Made by a program: the position numbers and the translations under genes
Part shown: in pieces, positions 32,056 to 43,885 of the stretch
Numbering within the stretch: the first letter of the stretch is position 1
Layout of the letters: each line of letters opens with the position of its first letter
NCBI GenBank assembly: GCA_963705255.1
Contig: OY970061.1
Coordinates: 1,184,001-1,248,000, forward strand
Length of the DNA stretch: 64,000 bases
Source: an uncultured Methanoregulaceae archaeon
GTDB taxonomy: Archaea > Halobacteriota > Methanomicrobia > Methanomicrobiales > Methanospirillaceae
Reading direction: 5' to 3'
The notes under the pieces: model-generated
What the model was told of the DNA's origin: nothing
The model's database searches: none
The model's input: only the letters and a program-made list of their open reading frames with translations

Positions 32056-32709
32056 ATGAAACTCACCTGGTTCGCTGTCATCGCCGCCATCATTTTCACG
32101 CTCGGGGTTACGATCGCCCTGTATCCCGCGGTCCCGGATCCGATGACCTCCCACTGGGACATTGCCGGGCAGGTCAACGGCCATGCAGCAAAGTCGTGGG
32201 GTCTTGCCATCATCCCCCTCGTCATGGCTGCCTTTGCCGGGCTCTTCGCGCTGCTCCCCCGCATCGACCCGCTCCGGAAGAACTACGAGAAATTCCAGCG
32301 GTATTACGACGGTTTTGTCCTCCTGTTCGTGCTGTACCTGCTGGTGGTCCAGCTCCAGATCATCCTCTGGAATACCGGATACCCGGTCAGCCCGAACCTG
32401 ACTCTCCCTGTCATGACCGGGATACTCGTCATTTACATCGGTTTTCTCATCGGGCACGCGGAACCGAACTGGTTCGTCGGCATCCGCACGCCGTGGACGC
32501 TCAGCAGCGAAACGGTCTGGAAGAAGACACACGAGACCGGCGGAAAACTCTTCAAGATTGCCGGCATCGTCTGCCTTGCGGGAGTGCTGGCCGGGCGCTA
32601 CGCACTCTGGTTCATCCTCGTCCCGGTCCTTGCGGTCGCCGCATATACCGTTGTGTATTCCTATGTCCTGTACCAGGACGAGATGAAGAAGTCCGGAAGA
32701 CCGGACTGA
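32056..32709 (+). CDS. SdpI/DUF1648-family membrane (immunity-like) protein
   Basis: 'PDPMTSHWDIAGQVNG', 'PRIDP', 'PNWFVGIRTPWTLSSETVWKKTH'. Confidence 0.9.
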   Translation: MKLTWFAVIAAIIFTLGVTIALYPAVPDPMTSHWDIAGQVNGHAAKSWGLAIIPLVMAAFAGLFALLPRIDPLRKNYEKFQRYYDGFVLLFVLYLLVVQLQIILWNTGYPVSPNLTLPVMTGILVIYIGFLIGHAEPNWFVGIRTPWTLSSETVWKKTHETGGKLFKIAGIVCLAGVLAGRYALWFILVPVLAVAAYTVVYSYVLYQDEMKKSGRPD

Positions 32710-32817
32710 GAATTTTTTTATCGAAAAAGAAAAAAGGTGCCTTTGTGCGCGTCTACAGACGGTGATAGCAAAAATACAACAAGAATGCTATTTTATGTTG
32801 TGTTTCTCTAAAAAAAA

Positions 32818-33480
32818 TTATGCGGTCCCGGCAGCGTCGTAGAGCAGGCTGAGGTAGCGTGCCTCGAAGAGCGTCACCGGCGCAAGGAAGACCAGCTCGA
32901 TCAGGAGGTCGACCGGCATGATGACCGATGTGATGGATGAAAAGATGAGACCGATGATCACCTGGATGATGCCCATGATGATGAACGCGACGACATACGC
33001 GCCCCACCCGATCTTCCCGATCGTCTCCTGGATTGCGGCGAAGTTGAACCCCTCCCCCATGCTTCCCGTGCGGGCGAACCGGATCAGGCCGATGGTCCCG
33101 TAGAGGGAGCAGATGAACGCCACGACAACGAAGATCAGGAGACCGAAGAGAACACCGCCGAGGATGTTCATCGATGCAGCGGGGTTGCTGAATGCCGCGG
33201 CAATGACACCCGAACCGATCGTGACGAACAGGATGATGAGGGCCGGGATGGCGTAGATGAGGGAGATGACCAGGTACTTAATCCCGTCGATGAAGAGCGT
33301 CCCCCAGCCGCTGACCCCCGGTGCCGGTCTCTCGCCGCGGAGGATTTTTACGGTATATCCCAGAAGCGGGAGGCAGAGGAGGATCGTTGCGACGATGAGC
33401 AACAGCCACTGCTTCCATTTTCCGATCACTGCGTCCTTCGCGTAGGCAAAAGACTCGCCAAGCATAGTTCCATAATCCAT
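32818..33480 (-). CDS. DUF4013-family membrane protein
   Basis: 'ESFAYAK', 'LLGYTVKILRG', 'WGTLFIDGIK', 'RFARTGSMGEGFNF'. Confidence 0.85.
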   Translation of the reverse strand: MDYGTMLGESFAYAKDAVIGKWKQWLLLIVATILLCLPLLGYTVKILRGERPAPGVSGWGTLFIDGIKYLVISLIYAIPALIILFVTIGSGVIAAAFSNPAASMNILGGVLFGLLIFVVVAFICSLYGTIGLIRFARTGSMGEGFNFAAIQETIGKIGWGAYVVAFIIMGIIQVIIGLIFSSITSVIMPVDLLIELVFLAPVTLFEARYLSLLYDAAGTA

Positions 33481-33761
33481 TCAAATCACCTGAATCTGTC
33501 CTTTTCACGTTGCGGTGGAGTAATATAAAAACCAGCACGATATGATCTTCACCCGCATTTACCGGCCGGGCTGACAGGCACGCTGTTTCCAGGCTGAAAA
33601 CGAGTGATTTTCTTCCCCGGATCGCTCCCGGCACCGGCAGGGGGTGCCGGGAGATCAGGACGGGAATACACGGAACAGGAATTTATTAAACAGGTGCAGG
33701 ACTGTACAATACGAATAAATCCCGGTAGACAGCAATCCATTTTTATGTGGAGAGTGCAACC

Positions 33762-33896
33762 ATGCCAGAACCCAGGACGCCTACGTGTAACCATAACCAT
33801 GACGAGACGCCGATGCGGCGGGTATGGGCAGACGGGCGTGGCGACGCCGTCTACCAGTGCCCGGTATGCGGCAGGAATATGCAGGTGCGGGAGTAA
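33762..33896 (+). CDS. 44-aa zinc-ribbon microprotein (below the ORF-track cutoff)
   Basis: MPEPRTPTCNHNHDETPMRRVWADGRGDAVYQCPVCGRNMQVRE*. Confidence 0.5.
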   Translation: MPEPRTPTCNHNHDETPMRRVWADGRGDAVYQCPVCGRNMQVRE

Positions 33897-34687
33897 CTGC
33901 CGGGGTACCGGGCGTTTTGTTGAGGATCAGCCCCCAGTTTTCCTGTATACCATATTGAGATCGGGCTTAAAAAACAGTCATGACGCCCGTGCCCGTGACG
34001 GGTGTGCCATCCATGGCCGGGGTGCCGGTAACAGACCTTTTGTTTTCTTATTGGATCCTATTTTCCGGCGAGAACGAAGGAAAGATGATGATCTCCTCTC
34101 AGGGGCCGGCTATTCCCTCCGGAGAAGATGTGAAGAGGTTACGGGATCCTGGGAGCTGCACACAGGTTGCCGCAGGTGTTGATGCTGTACAATGCGAGGA
34201 TAGCTTTATCGTCGAGGCCTTTTTCCCCAATACCGATCCTGCTCAACTTGTCACGGATTATTCGTACCTTTTTTTCAGGAGATTGCATAACGACGATGCT
34301 TACTTGGCTGGCGACACGATAAAGAGATGTGTTAAAATCACGGGATTTCCGGCCCTGTTGCCCGGAATGAGCGGACATAGCGGAGCGATCCCGATCTTCC
34401 GGTTGAATTTTCCCGCCGGCGGGGTTTGTTGCCTTCCTGCGCCCTGAACATTTTCCTTCCGGCCGGGGGAACGGTGGACATGGTACCACCGGATACGCTG
34501 AAACCGGTCATATGCAGGTTCGATACACGGGATCATAACCGGTTAGTTCGCCGGTGGATCAGAACAGGTCGTACCTGGTACAATACTCTCATGGTTAAAG
34601 GGGGTGAGTACAGTTTCGTATCTTACCACAAGCCCATGGTGAACAATGAAAAATTTTGTACGATGAAATCCTCGCGGCTCATTCCGG

Positions 34688-34948
34688 TTATGGGGACGCA
34701 GGGGGATTTACGGTCTTCCGGGCAGGGCGGAGCTCCCGGATTATCAGGTAGAGCACGTCGACAAGATACCCGAACATGGGCAGGATCGCGAGGATGACCC
34801 AGACCGGTACAAGCATCTTCTGTTCTTTTGCATCCCGGTAGATGAAGAAAGCGATGACCAGTTGTACTATCCAGACGGCGATCATCAGGACCGGCCCTGC
34901 GAACGGGAGGGCATGATACATGTGTGCATGGTACATAACGAGTGACAT
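34688..34948 (-). CDS. Small two-TM membrane protein
   Basis: 'IAFFIYRDAKEQ....WVILAILPMFG...LYLIIR'. Confidence 0.6.
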   Translation of the reverse strand: MSLVMYHAHMYHALPFAGPVLMIAVWIVQLVIAFFIYRDAKEQKMLVPVWVILAILPMFGYLVDVLYLIIRELRPARKTVNPPASP

Positions 34949-35599
34949 TGTACGTTATACGTTACATCACGTTATATGCTTTCACGTGCTGACAACGGAC
35001 CCGATCATCTTTTAAGGTAAAATGATCTGAATTACCGGTTTCCTGACGATAATTTCCCGGTGAGATCGTCTCATAATACAGCACGTCCAAAGGAAAGATC
35101 TCCGTTTTTGAAAATAGCACGGCCCGGCGTCCGATGATTTTTTCCAACCAACGGTGTGGTTTTATGTGATCCATGGATGAATGGTGAGTATGCCGGAGTC
35201 CTGCGATACCTCCCCCGTCAGCTCGATACCATTGATGAGATCGTGAGTACGGGTCCCGACCGTACCGGGACGCTTACCATTCTCGGAATGATCGGACTCC
35301 TCACGGTCAATGAACAGTTTCTCACCCGGATGAGATTGTACAGTGACTACCTCCCAAAACCCGGGAGGTCACGTTCTCCGATGAACAACGGCTCCTTCAT
35401 CTCCTCTGGGATGAAGGATGTTCCCCCCGATGCGGTCGTTGCAGGAATACCAGCAACGAGCATCCACCCGCGGAAAAATGAGGGGCTGTTCAGGGAACAG
35501 CTCAACCATATCTGACTCCCCGATGGCGCATTCCAGGACGAGTAGGAGGGGGCCCCGCCCCTTCTCATTCGAGAGCATCCCCGTGAAGCCGTAGACGCA

Positions 35600-36382
35600 T
35601 CACTCCTTTTTCGTTTTCGAGATATGCGTGAAGATCGTCGCTCCTGCCCCGATGCTTGCAGTAACAATCCCGATAATCGCCGCAACAACCGAAGGGTTCT
35701 CAAGTACACCTCCCGAAGATGTCTGGGTGGGCTGCACTGTCTCAGCCGGCACGGTCTGGGTTACCGGGGCGGGAGTTGCAGGAATCGCCGAAGGCTGGAT
35801 GGAAGAACCACTCAAGGGGGGAAGTGTGCCGAATACATTGGTGACCTGGCCGGGCAGGGCAGAAAACGTTCCTTCATAATCATAGTACCCGCTCAGTGTC
35901 AGTCTGATTATATGGTTTCCTGCGGGAATACCGGTAATGTTTCCCGGGGTAGCACCATAATATACCCCATCAATGAGGATGCTCGCACCCAAAGGTGATG
36001 ATGCGACCGTGATGTTTCCGACAGATGCCTGCGTGATCGGAGATGCGGTGGGAACCGGGGTCACCGGTGTCGTTGCAGGCACCAGTTCAGTCGTTGGAGC
36101 GGGCAGTAACGTTGTCGTTACCGGAATCGTCTGCGTGATATTTACCTCAGTTGTTGCGGTCATGTTCAGAATTCCCTGAGTTGTTGCAGTGATGGCCGGA
36201 GTTGACTGATTTGTTGCGGTCGTATTGGGAGTTCCCTGAGTGGCCGGGGATGATTCTGCACTTGTCCCGCTAGTTATCGGAACGACAGTAGAATTCGTTG
36301 TACTCTGGCCAATGACAGGAACGGGTAATAAAATAAGCGCAACCATGGCAAGAAAGATGAGCTGCGTACAGGTCTTTTTCAT
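35600..36382 (-). CDS. Thr-rich PEGA-domain surface protein
   Basis: Signal peptide, Thr/Pro linker, 'GNITVASSPLGASILIDGVYYGATP...GNH.IRLTLSGYYDY', C-terminal TM helix. Confidence 0.85.
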   Translation of the reverse strand: MKKTCTQLIFLAMVALILLPVPVIGQSTTNSTVVPITSGTSAESSPATQGTPNTTATNQSTPAITATTQGILNMTATTEVNITQTIPVTTTLLPAPTTELVPATTPVTPVPTASPITQASVGNITVASSPLGASILIDGVYYGATPGNITGIPAGNHIIRLTLSGYYDYEGTFSALPGQVTNVFGTLPPLSGSSIQPSAIPATPAPVTQTVPAETVQPTQTSSGGVLENPSVVAAIIGIVTASIGAGATIFTHISKTKKE

Positions 36383-36549
36383 TCTGCGATCTCCGTTGTT
36401 ACTTTTTTGTTCGGTGATCCTCTACTCAAGACGGGTTGTCCGATCGGGAGTGCCTCATCGTGATCTGACTATTCTGAACCCGAAATTTCGCGGGATTCTT
36501 TTCCGGGAGAGTCATACCCTATCCCGCAAGAGTGGCGATGGCTGAGAGA

Positions 36550-36825
36550 TCATGATTCGGGCAATTGATGCGTGTTCCAGTCAGTTCGCGATTTTCTGTT
36601 GATTGCATCATAAACCGAGATCCTGACATTATCCGGTAGATCAATTCCCTCCAGTAACAGGGGGAGGATCGCCTTGGCTGTCCGTTTTCCTTCAGGAGTA
36701 GCGAGATACTCTCTGACCGATCCCTGTCCCTCAGCTGATGTGAGATATCTGGAGATCATCTCCTTTCCCTGAGGGGATGCAAGGTATGTTGCCACAAGTC
36801 CATTCATGATACTATCGTTGGCCAA
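36550..36825 (-). CDS. Small hypothetical protein with three YL-x-(S/T)-x-(E/Q)G repeats
   Basis: YLASPQGK / YLTSAEGQ / YLATPEGK; GGAG upstream of the start. Confidence 0.55.
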   Translation of the reverse strand: MANDSIMNGLVATYLASPQGKEMISRYLTSAEGQGSVREYLATPEGKRTAKAILPLLLEGIDLPDNVRISVYDAINRKSRTDWNTHQLPES

Positions 36826-37075
36826 TGCCGTTCCTCCAATTCAATAATTTCCCGGTCAGCCTGACTCTCCTTTCAAATTTCATTCATAAGAGAGAACAAA
36901 ATGTGTTCTGAGGATAATGCAAAAATCCTGATCCGGTGTGTTTTGAGATTTTTCATGGGAAGAGGGGATGATTATGGTGAGAGGGTATATTGGCCCTTTT
37001 TTTATCACCCCCGTGATAATCATTTTATGGGTTTCATCCTGTTAACGACCGAGAGATACTGAGGGGTTACTTCAC

Positions 37076-37747
37076 CTATTTTGTTATCACCTCCATCACT
37101 TTGTCTATGATCTGTTCGCTCCGGTTCTTCATGCCGAACCAGACGATAATAGCGATCGAGATCCCGAGGCCAATGCCAATACCCCAGGCAATTGGCGTAA
37201 CGAATGTATAGATGATGGTGAGATCCAGCATCAGCTGGGAAAGTGCCAGTATGACAACGACAAAGTACAGGAACAGGCGGAGAAGAACCAGTACCGGGCT
37301 GAACAGCACTATCTTCGAATTCCGGGAGTAGATCAGGAACCTGTCGATAAAGTAATCTGTCAGGATCACACCGACCACGAGAATGATGATGAAGGCGAGA
37401 ACGTGGGGAATATACTCGATGACCTTCATCATAAACTGGCTGAGATAGTCAAGGTTAAGGATATTGACTGCGGCAAGAACGGCTATCAGGTAGACGATGC
37501 ACCGAACAGCAATATCTCCAAGATACCCTATGGTGATTCCGGATCTCGTGATTGATTTACCGAAATCTGAATCTCCGATAACCGGGGCAGCAGTCACTTT
37601 GTCCAGAAGGATACGTATTCCTTTCCCAAGGAGGCGCCCGGCAATCCATCCTATAAGAAGAACGATCAGTGCACCAACAATGGCAGGAAGTACCGCTATT
37701 GTAGTGTCCAGACCACGGGAAATTATGTCGATTGATTCAGTTACCAT
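37076..37747 (-). CDS. Conserved TM-helix (CmpX/MscS-associated) membrane protein
   Basis: 'LPAIVGALIVLLIGWIAGR', 'EYIPHVLAFIIILVVG', 'ALSQL', 'IAWGIGIGLG...FG'. Confidence 0.8.
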   Translation of the reverse strand: MVTESIDIISRGLDTTIAVLPAIVGALIVLLIGWIAGRLLGKGIRILLDKVTAAPVIGDSDFGKSITRSGITIGYLGDIAVRCIVYLIAVLAAVNILNLDYLSQFMMKVIEYIPHVLAFIIILVVGVILTDYFIDRFLIYSRNSKIVLFSPVLVLLRLFLYFVVVILALSQLMLDLTIIYTFVTPIAWGIGIGLGISIAIIVWFGMKNRSEQIIDKVMEVITK

Positions 37748-37941
37748 AGTGTAAATCTCCAGTTTTTCATTCTGTGTTTCTCCAATAGGGTTGCCACAAA
37801 TTCGTACCCTATGCAATAGAGAAGGATTTTATACTATTTAAAGTGTATCTTTATTGATTATACGCTTTGGTTATTCATAACAATTATAATCTCCATGTTT
37901 CATACTAATCATCAACCCAGTATTCACGGTCTGACACCACT

Positions 37942-39327
37942 ATGATGCAGGATTACCAGAAGGAACTCATAGCCATAAAGGATCTTCTTAAGAAAAATCC
38001 CAACGGGATGAGCGTAACCGAGATCTCAAAAGCCTTGAAGAAGAACAAGAACACCATCGGGAGATACCTCGATATCCTGCTCATTTCCGGACAGGTGGAC
38101 ATGCGGGCCTATGGTATGGCAAAGGTCTACACGATCTCCCAAAGGGTTCCCCTTTCGGCTATCCTCAGTTACTCAAAAGAACTCATCATGGTGCTGGACA
38201 ACGAGTCCTGGATCATCGATATCAACGACAATTTTTTAAATCTCCTGCAGCTCTCGCGTGAAGATACTCTTGGAAAAAATATTTCGCACCTGCAGTCACC
38301 CGAAGTGGATGTCCATGAACTTCTCGATACTATTGCAGGGGATATGGGAGACCAGGAGACCACCATTACCTTCCAGGTCAAAAATAAGGGAGAGAGGATC
38401 TTCCACCAGAAATGCGTCCCAACGGTTTTTGAAGATGGGAGAAAAGGCATCACGCTCATCCTTGAAGATGTTACGGAACATATTCTTGCCGAGAGAGAGA
38501 TACGGGAAAGCGAAGAGCGGTTCCGGATGATGGCTGATAACATCCAGGACGGCCTTATCATCATGGAAAAGGGTAAAACGATCTATGCCAATAACCGTAT
38601 CGCCGAGATCACCGGGTATTCCAATGAAGAGATGTGGGCCATGGATCCTCTCGCGATCATCGCACCGGAGTCCCGTGAAAAGGTAGTACAACAGATCCAG
38701 GATTTTGAGGACTACCCTGACAGACCCGGCGATATCCGGATGTGGATCATAAGGAAAGATAACGAGCGGCGTTTTGTCTATGCCCGCATCAGTGGTGCAC
38801 GCCACCACGATACATACTATAATTTTATCATCCTGACGGATATGACGGAGCTCAAGACCCAGGGGTCCAGGATACGTGAAAGCGAACAGCGGTTCAGGAT
38901 GATGGCAGATAATATCCAGGACGGGCTCATCATTGTTGAAAATGATAAAATTGTGTTCTCCAACCGTCGTATCAAGGAGATCATCGGCTATTCCGCTGAT
39001 GAGATGGCAGAGAGGGGTCTTCACGGAACCCTGTTGACGGAGAATAAAAAAGCAATATCTGATCTGGGAATTGTCCCGGTTACGGATTTAAACAGGATTG
39101 AAGAGATCTTCAGCAGCGTCCAGCCGGACTCCCCCACCCCGGGTGAATTCAAGATCCGGATACAGCGGAAAGATGGCATGCATCGCTATGTCCAGGGGAA
39201 GATTACTGCTGCAAAGAACGGGAATATCATCAGTTACTACATGATTATATCCGATATCACGGACTTTGCCGAACGGGAGAAGAACCTGCGCGAGCGTATT
39301 GACGCTCTCCAGGACCTGCTCCACTGA
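37942..39327 (+). CDS. One-component regulator: N-terminal HTH plus three PAS domains
   Basis: 'GMSVTEISKALKKNKNTIGRYLDIL', two 'ESE.RFRMMADNIQDGLII' repeats. Confidence 0.88.
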   Translation: MMQDYQKELIAIKDLLKKNPNGMSVTEISKALKKNKNTIGRYLDILLISGQVDMRAYGMAKVYTISQRVPLSAILSYSKELIMVLDNESWIIDINDNFLNLLQLSREDTLGKNISHLQSPEVDVHELLDTIAGDMGDQETTITFQVKNKGERIFHQKCVPTVFEDGRKGITLILEDVTEHILAEREIRESEERFRMMADNIQDGLIIMEKGKTIYANNRIAEITGYSNEEMWAMDPLAIIAPESREKVVQQIQDFEDYPDRPGDIRMWIIRKDNERRFVYARISGARHHDTYYNFIILTDMTELKTQGSRIRESEQRFRMMADNIQDGLIIVENDKIVFSNRRIKEIIGYSADEMAERGLHGTLLTENKKAISDLGIVPVTDLNRIEEIFSSVQPDSPTPGEFKIRIQRKDGMHRYVQGKITAAKNGNIISYYMIISDITDFAEREKNLRERIDALQDLLH

Positions 39328-39339
39328 ATTTTCCCGTCT

Positions 39340-39619
39340 TCTGGAACTACATCCCATTTTTTTTCGCTGCCATTCCCCGTTCCCCCGGATCCCGAGCTCG
39401 GCAGTCACGTGCTCCGTCACGTCACCGAGAATGATCGTAATGCCTTTGCCATCCCGTACGCCCGCATCCCTGCCCGCCCTGTAATGAGCGGGATACCAGA
39501 ATACCGATCGTGTTCTTGTTCCTGCCAAAATTTTCGGTGATCCCGGTGACATTCATTCCACTGAATTTTTCTGACCGCCTCCTTGAGGAGTGCGAGTTCG
39601 TTCCGGTAGTCCTGCATCA
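39340..39619 (-). pseudogene. Inverted, internally deleted and frameshifted copy of the HTH-PAS gene family
   Basis: Minus strand reads atgatgcaggactac.., 'MRAYGMAK' and 'DGKGITIILGDVTEHV', matching segments of 37942-38520. Confidence 0.7.
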
Positions 39620-40062
39620 TCCCGGTCTGCACCGGGATGGCGGGCACGAAGACCAAGAGAGGATGAGCTGTTTATAATCGTTATATATAAATGATATGTA
39701 TTGTTTATTAAAGAACTCTTTAAATATTAAAAATGATAACAGGTAAGGTAGTACGTAAGATAAGGACACGAGTTCATGAAAGATGGTGAAATATGAACGA
39801 TCTTTCAGCATCAGATGATCATGTACGACCCTGTTCCCTCCACTGTGTCGGATATCAGGCCCGGTACCATGATCGCAATTTTTGTCCGGTTCATTCCGAA
39901 GGGCAGGAAGATCATCCCGGGCCAGAGCAGAGACTGATGAAAAAGAAGACGTAATCCGAAAGGAAGCCGGAAAAATTTTCGGAACGATTATTTTTTTTGG
40001 TCAGGATACGCAATAAGTGAGAAGATGTGTTCTGTTAAGGAACGCTGAAACCTGCAGTTCAG

Positions 40063-41481
40063 ATGTTTGAACCATACCTGAGGACCAGCATGAGCGAAAT
40101 AATCGGAGAAAAAGCAGAGAAACTAAGGTCGGTGCCCACCTGCAAAGTACAGGGGGCCCGTGCAACGGGCAGCAGGAGGGGATATGCCTGCCTGTGCCTT
40201 GCAGCTGTGGCGGTGATCCTGCTGGCCGCGCCATCACTCGCAGACGATACCGGAAGCCGGTACATGGCCGGAAGCCCGGAACTTTCAGCGCATATCGCCG
40301 GGACCAACCAGTTTTCACCCGGGGATGATCTCAATGTACCGATCGCCATCGAAAACAGCGGGACCAACCAGTTCAAGATCGTCAAATCAACGATAATCGA
40401 TCCCGGGGATCTTTCCAGTACGGCCAAGCAGCTCACCGTAAGCCTCGGGGCCGCCGATGCCCCTCTCCTCGTCAAGTCGGACCCGCAGCTGGTGGGGGAT
40501 CTTGGCGCCAGTTCGAGCGTGACGGCGACGTTCCACATCACGATCAACCAGGATGCCCCTGCAGGCACCTACAACCTGCCGGTCTCGCTGAACTACACGT
40601 ACCTCTACGCCGCCAACCAGTACGGGACGGACACCCTCTCGTATACGTACAAGACGGTCAACCAGACTGTGACCGTCCCGATAGAGATCAAATCCGATGT
40701 CCAGATCACGGTGGTGTCGGTAGGCACGCAGGATCTCAACGTGGGAAATGAAGGCTATGTCACCCTGAGCCTCAGGAATACCGGGTACGAGGACGGCCGG
40801 AACGCGGTCGTGATGGTCCAGCAGCCCGCCCAGAGCCCGCTCTCGCCCACGGAGGGGAGCTTCTTTATCGGCAATTTCCCGGTCGGTGCGGTGGCAAACT
40901 GCACGTTCCGGCTCATGGTCTCGGACGACGCCCAGCAGAAGACCTACCCGCTCGACGTGCTGGTCAATTACAAGAATTCCGACGGCGTTTATGTCAATTC
41001 CGCGTCCGAGACCATCGGGGTACCGGTCGGCGGAAAGATCCAGTTCACCGTGACACCGGTAACGGCCACCATCTCGCCGGGGGCGAAGTCCGTGATCACG
41101 GTCACGTTCCAGAACACCGGCAGCGCGACGGCGTATAACGCCCAGGCACGGATCAGCGCGGTCGATCCCTTCACCAGCAACGATGATACTGCCTTCCTCG
41201 GTACCATGGCCCCGGGCGATACCCGGCAGGCATCCTACGAGGTCGCGCTGGATTCCGGTGCCACGGTCAAGGAATACGGCCTTGATTCCGAAGTCATGTA
41301 CCGTGATTCCCTCGACAACGAGATCACCTCCGATCCGCTCAAGGTCAATGTTCAGGTCGTAACGTCCAGGACCATCGTCGATGTGCTGGGCCTCCCCGGC
41401 CTGCTGGGGCTGATCGTAGTCATCGGTATTCTTGCGTCTCTCGGATACTTCGTCTATTCACGGCGGGTCAGGAACCAGTGA
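40063..41481 (+). CDS. COG1361 S-layer-like protein (RND-associated), paralog 1
   Basis: 'GSPELSA', 'VKSDPQLVGDL', 'AQARISAVDPFTSNDDTAFLG', 'YGLDSEVMYRD'; C-terminal TM helix; start uncertain. Confidence 0.85.
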   Translation: MFEPYLRTSMSEIIGEKAEKLRSVPTCKVQGARATGSRRGYACLCLAAVAVILLAAPSLADDTGSRYMAGSPELSAHIAGTNQFSPGDDLNVPIAIENSGTNQFKIVKSTIIDPGDLSSTAKQLTVSLGAADAPLLVKSDPQLVGDLGASSSVTATFHITINQDAPAGTYNLPVSLNYTYLYAANQYGTDTLSYTYKTVNQTVTVPIEIKSDVQITVVSVGTQDLNVGNEGYVTLSLRNTGYEDGRNAVVMVQQPAQSPLSPTEGSFFIGNFPVGAVANCTFRLMVSDDAQQKTYPLDVLVNYKNSDGVYVNSASETIGVPVGGKIQFTVTPVTATISPGAKSVITVTFQNTGSATAYNAQARISAVDPFTSNDDTAFLGTMAPGDTRQASYEVALDSGATVKEYGLDSEVMYRDSLDNEITSDPLKVNVQVVTSRTIVDVLGLPGLLGLIVVIGILASLGYFVYSRRVRNQ

Positions 41482-41528
41482 ACCCGCCGGTTTTCCCGGG
41501 CAACGCCTGGCTGCGATAAAGGATTACC

Positions 41529-43851
41529 ATGATCGATCAGATCTTCAGTTCAATCGCGCGGTTTGTAAACCACCGGCCCAGACTGGTAGTCGGCATCATC
41601 GGCCTGGTCATCCTCATTGCCCTGGTGGGCATGACGATGATCACCATGCAGACCGGTAACGATACCTACCTGAACAGGAACTCTCCGGAGGGTATCGTCG
41701 ATAACCAGTATACCCAGACGTTCAACGCGGATTCCATCATCCTGATCGTCGACACGAGCGACCCGCTCAACCCGAACGTGCTCAAGTACATCGACCGGCT
41801 CGAAGGCGACATCCGCCAGCAGCAGCACATTGCCGGTGCCGGAAGTGTCGTCGATATCCTGAAAAGCGAGAACGGCGGGGTCCTGCCCCAGTCAAAAGGA
41901 GAGATCGATTCGCTCGTGAACGAGATCCCGCCCGCAACCCGTGCGACCGCGGTTCCGTCGAATGTCCTGACCCTCGTGCAGGTACGGCTCGATAACGGCC
42001 TGACGGACAGCACGGAAGCCGCGGCCCTGGTACCGTGCAGCAGCTGGTCGACCAGTCCGATCCACCGACCGGTGTGACCGTCTCCATCTCCGGCACTCCC
42101 GCATTCACGACGCAGATGAGAGCGGCAATGAGCTCTTCGATGGGGGTGCTGATCGGCGGCGCCATGGTGCTGATGATCATCGTCATGGGACTGCTCTTCT
42201 CCTATGTCAGACTACCGGTTCCTGCCCGGTCGTGTTCGTGGGACTCGGCCTGACGACCGCCCTTGGCCTGATGGGGCTTGCCGGCATCCAGCTCAATATG
42301 GCCGTGCTCGGGGCTTTCCCGGTCATGATCGGCCTCGGGATCGATTACGCGATCCAGTTCCACGCCCGGCTGGACGAGGAGTCCCGGAAAGGGTCGCTTG
42401 ACGATGCTGTCTTCACGACCATCACCCGGACCGGGCCGGCCGTGATGTACGCGATGCTTGCCACCTCGCTGGGATTCTCTGCCATGTTCATCTCCGCCGT
42501 CCCCATGATCCAGTCCTTCGGGCTGGTGGCCATGATCGGCATCATGAGCTGCTACTGCATCTCGCTCGTGGGCATACCGGCAGTGGCCCACGTCATAAAC
42601 TACAAGCCCAAACCGCAGGCACCCGAGGTCTGCTATGCGGTCGGCGAAGATGCCTGCAGCACCCTCCCGGCGCCAAAGAAGAAGGGCTGGTCCTATGGCC
42701 AGTTCCTGACGGAGACCTCGGTCAGGATCGCAAAGAACCCGGTCCCGATCCTGGTGATCGCAATTCTCATCGCCGTGATCGGGTTCCAGCTCGACCCGAT
42801 TATCCCCATCCAGGCAGACCAGAACAACTTTGTCCCGAGCGACATGCCGGCCAAGATCCTGATGGACAAGGTGACAAGGATCATCGGGGCAGCGAGTACA
42901 GCAGATTTCTATGTCGAGGGCGCACGGGTCACGGACCTCGATACGGTGAGATGGATCAAACAGTTCCAGGACCACGAGCTTGCCACCAACCCGGACCTTA
43001 CCTCCGCTACCAGTATCGTCACCTATATCCTGGACTACAACGGCGGCGTGATGCCCGGGACCCAGAGCCAGCTCGATGCCATTCTTGACAGGATACCCCC
43101 GGTCGTGAAAGACCAGTACCTCAGCGGATCGATGAGGGGCGTCATACACTTCGGGACGGTCAGCCTCCAGATCCCCCAGGAGGAAGACCTCAAGGAAGAG
43201 ATGGTCGGCGACATCGCGTTCCTCCAGCCGCCGCAGGGTATCACGGTCCAGCCCGTGGGGAACTTCGATATCATGACCGCGCTCATCGGAGGCCTCACCT
43301 CTTCAAAAGAGGAGATGACCGGCCTGGGGTTTGCCCTCATCTTCGTCTTCCTGGTGCTGGTCTACCGGCATGTCCACGCCATCTCGCCCCTCGTCCCCAT
43401 CATCCTGATCGTGGGATGGAACTCGGTGGCGATGTACGTGCTGGGCATTGCGTATACGCCGCTGACCGCTACGCTCGGGTCGATGACCATCGGCGTTGCT
43501 TCCGAATACACCATTCTCGTGATGGAACGGTACAGCGAGGAGGAGGAGCGGCTCCATGACCATATCGCTGCTATCCAGGAGAGCGTGAACAGGATCGGGA
43601 CCGCCATCACGGTCTCGGGGCTCGCCACCTTCTTTGGCTTCTCGGCCCTCTGCCTCTCCAATTTCCCCATCACCAGCAACTTCGGCGTCTCTACCCTCAT
43701 CGCGGTGGGCTTCTCCCTCTGCGGGGCCATATTCATCATGCCCGCTATCCTCTCCCTCATGGGCAGGTTCACCGAATGGTGGGAGACGAGACATGCACGG
43801 ACAGAGATACAGAGAGAACCCCTGACTCTTCTCCCGGAGAGCGGCGAATGA
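41529..43851 (+). CDS. RND/MMPL-family (HAE3) transporter (frameshifts near 42030 and 42225)
   Basis: 'MIGLGIDYAIQFHARLDEE', 'TGPAVMYAMLAT', 'TIGVASEYTILVMERY', 'GTAITVSGLAT'. Confidence 0.9.
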
Positions 43852-43885
43852 ATCCACGAACAGAGACAGAAAAAAGGTGATCCCG

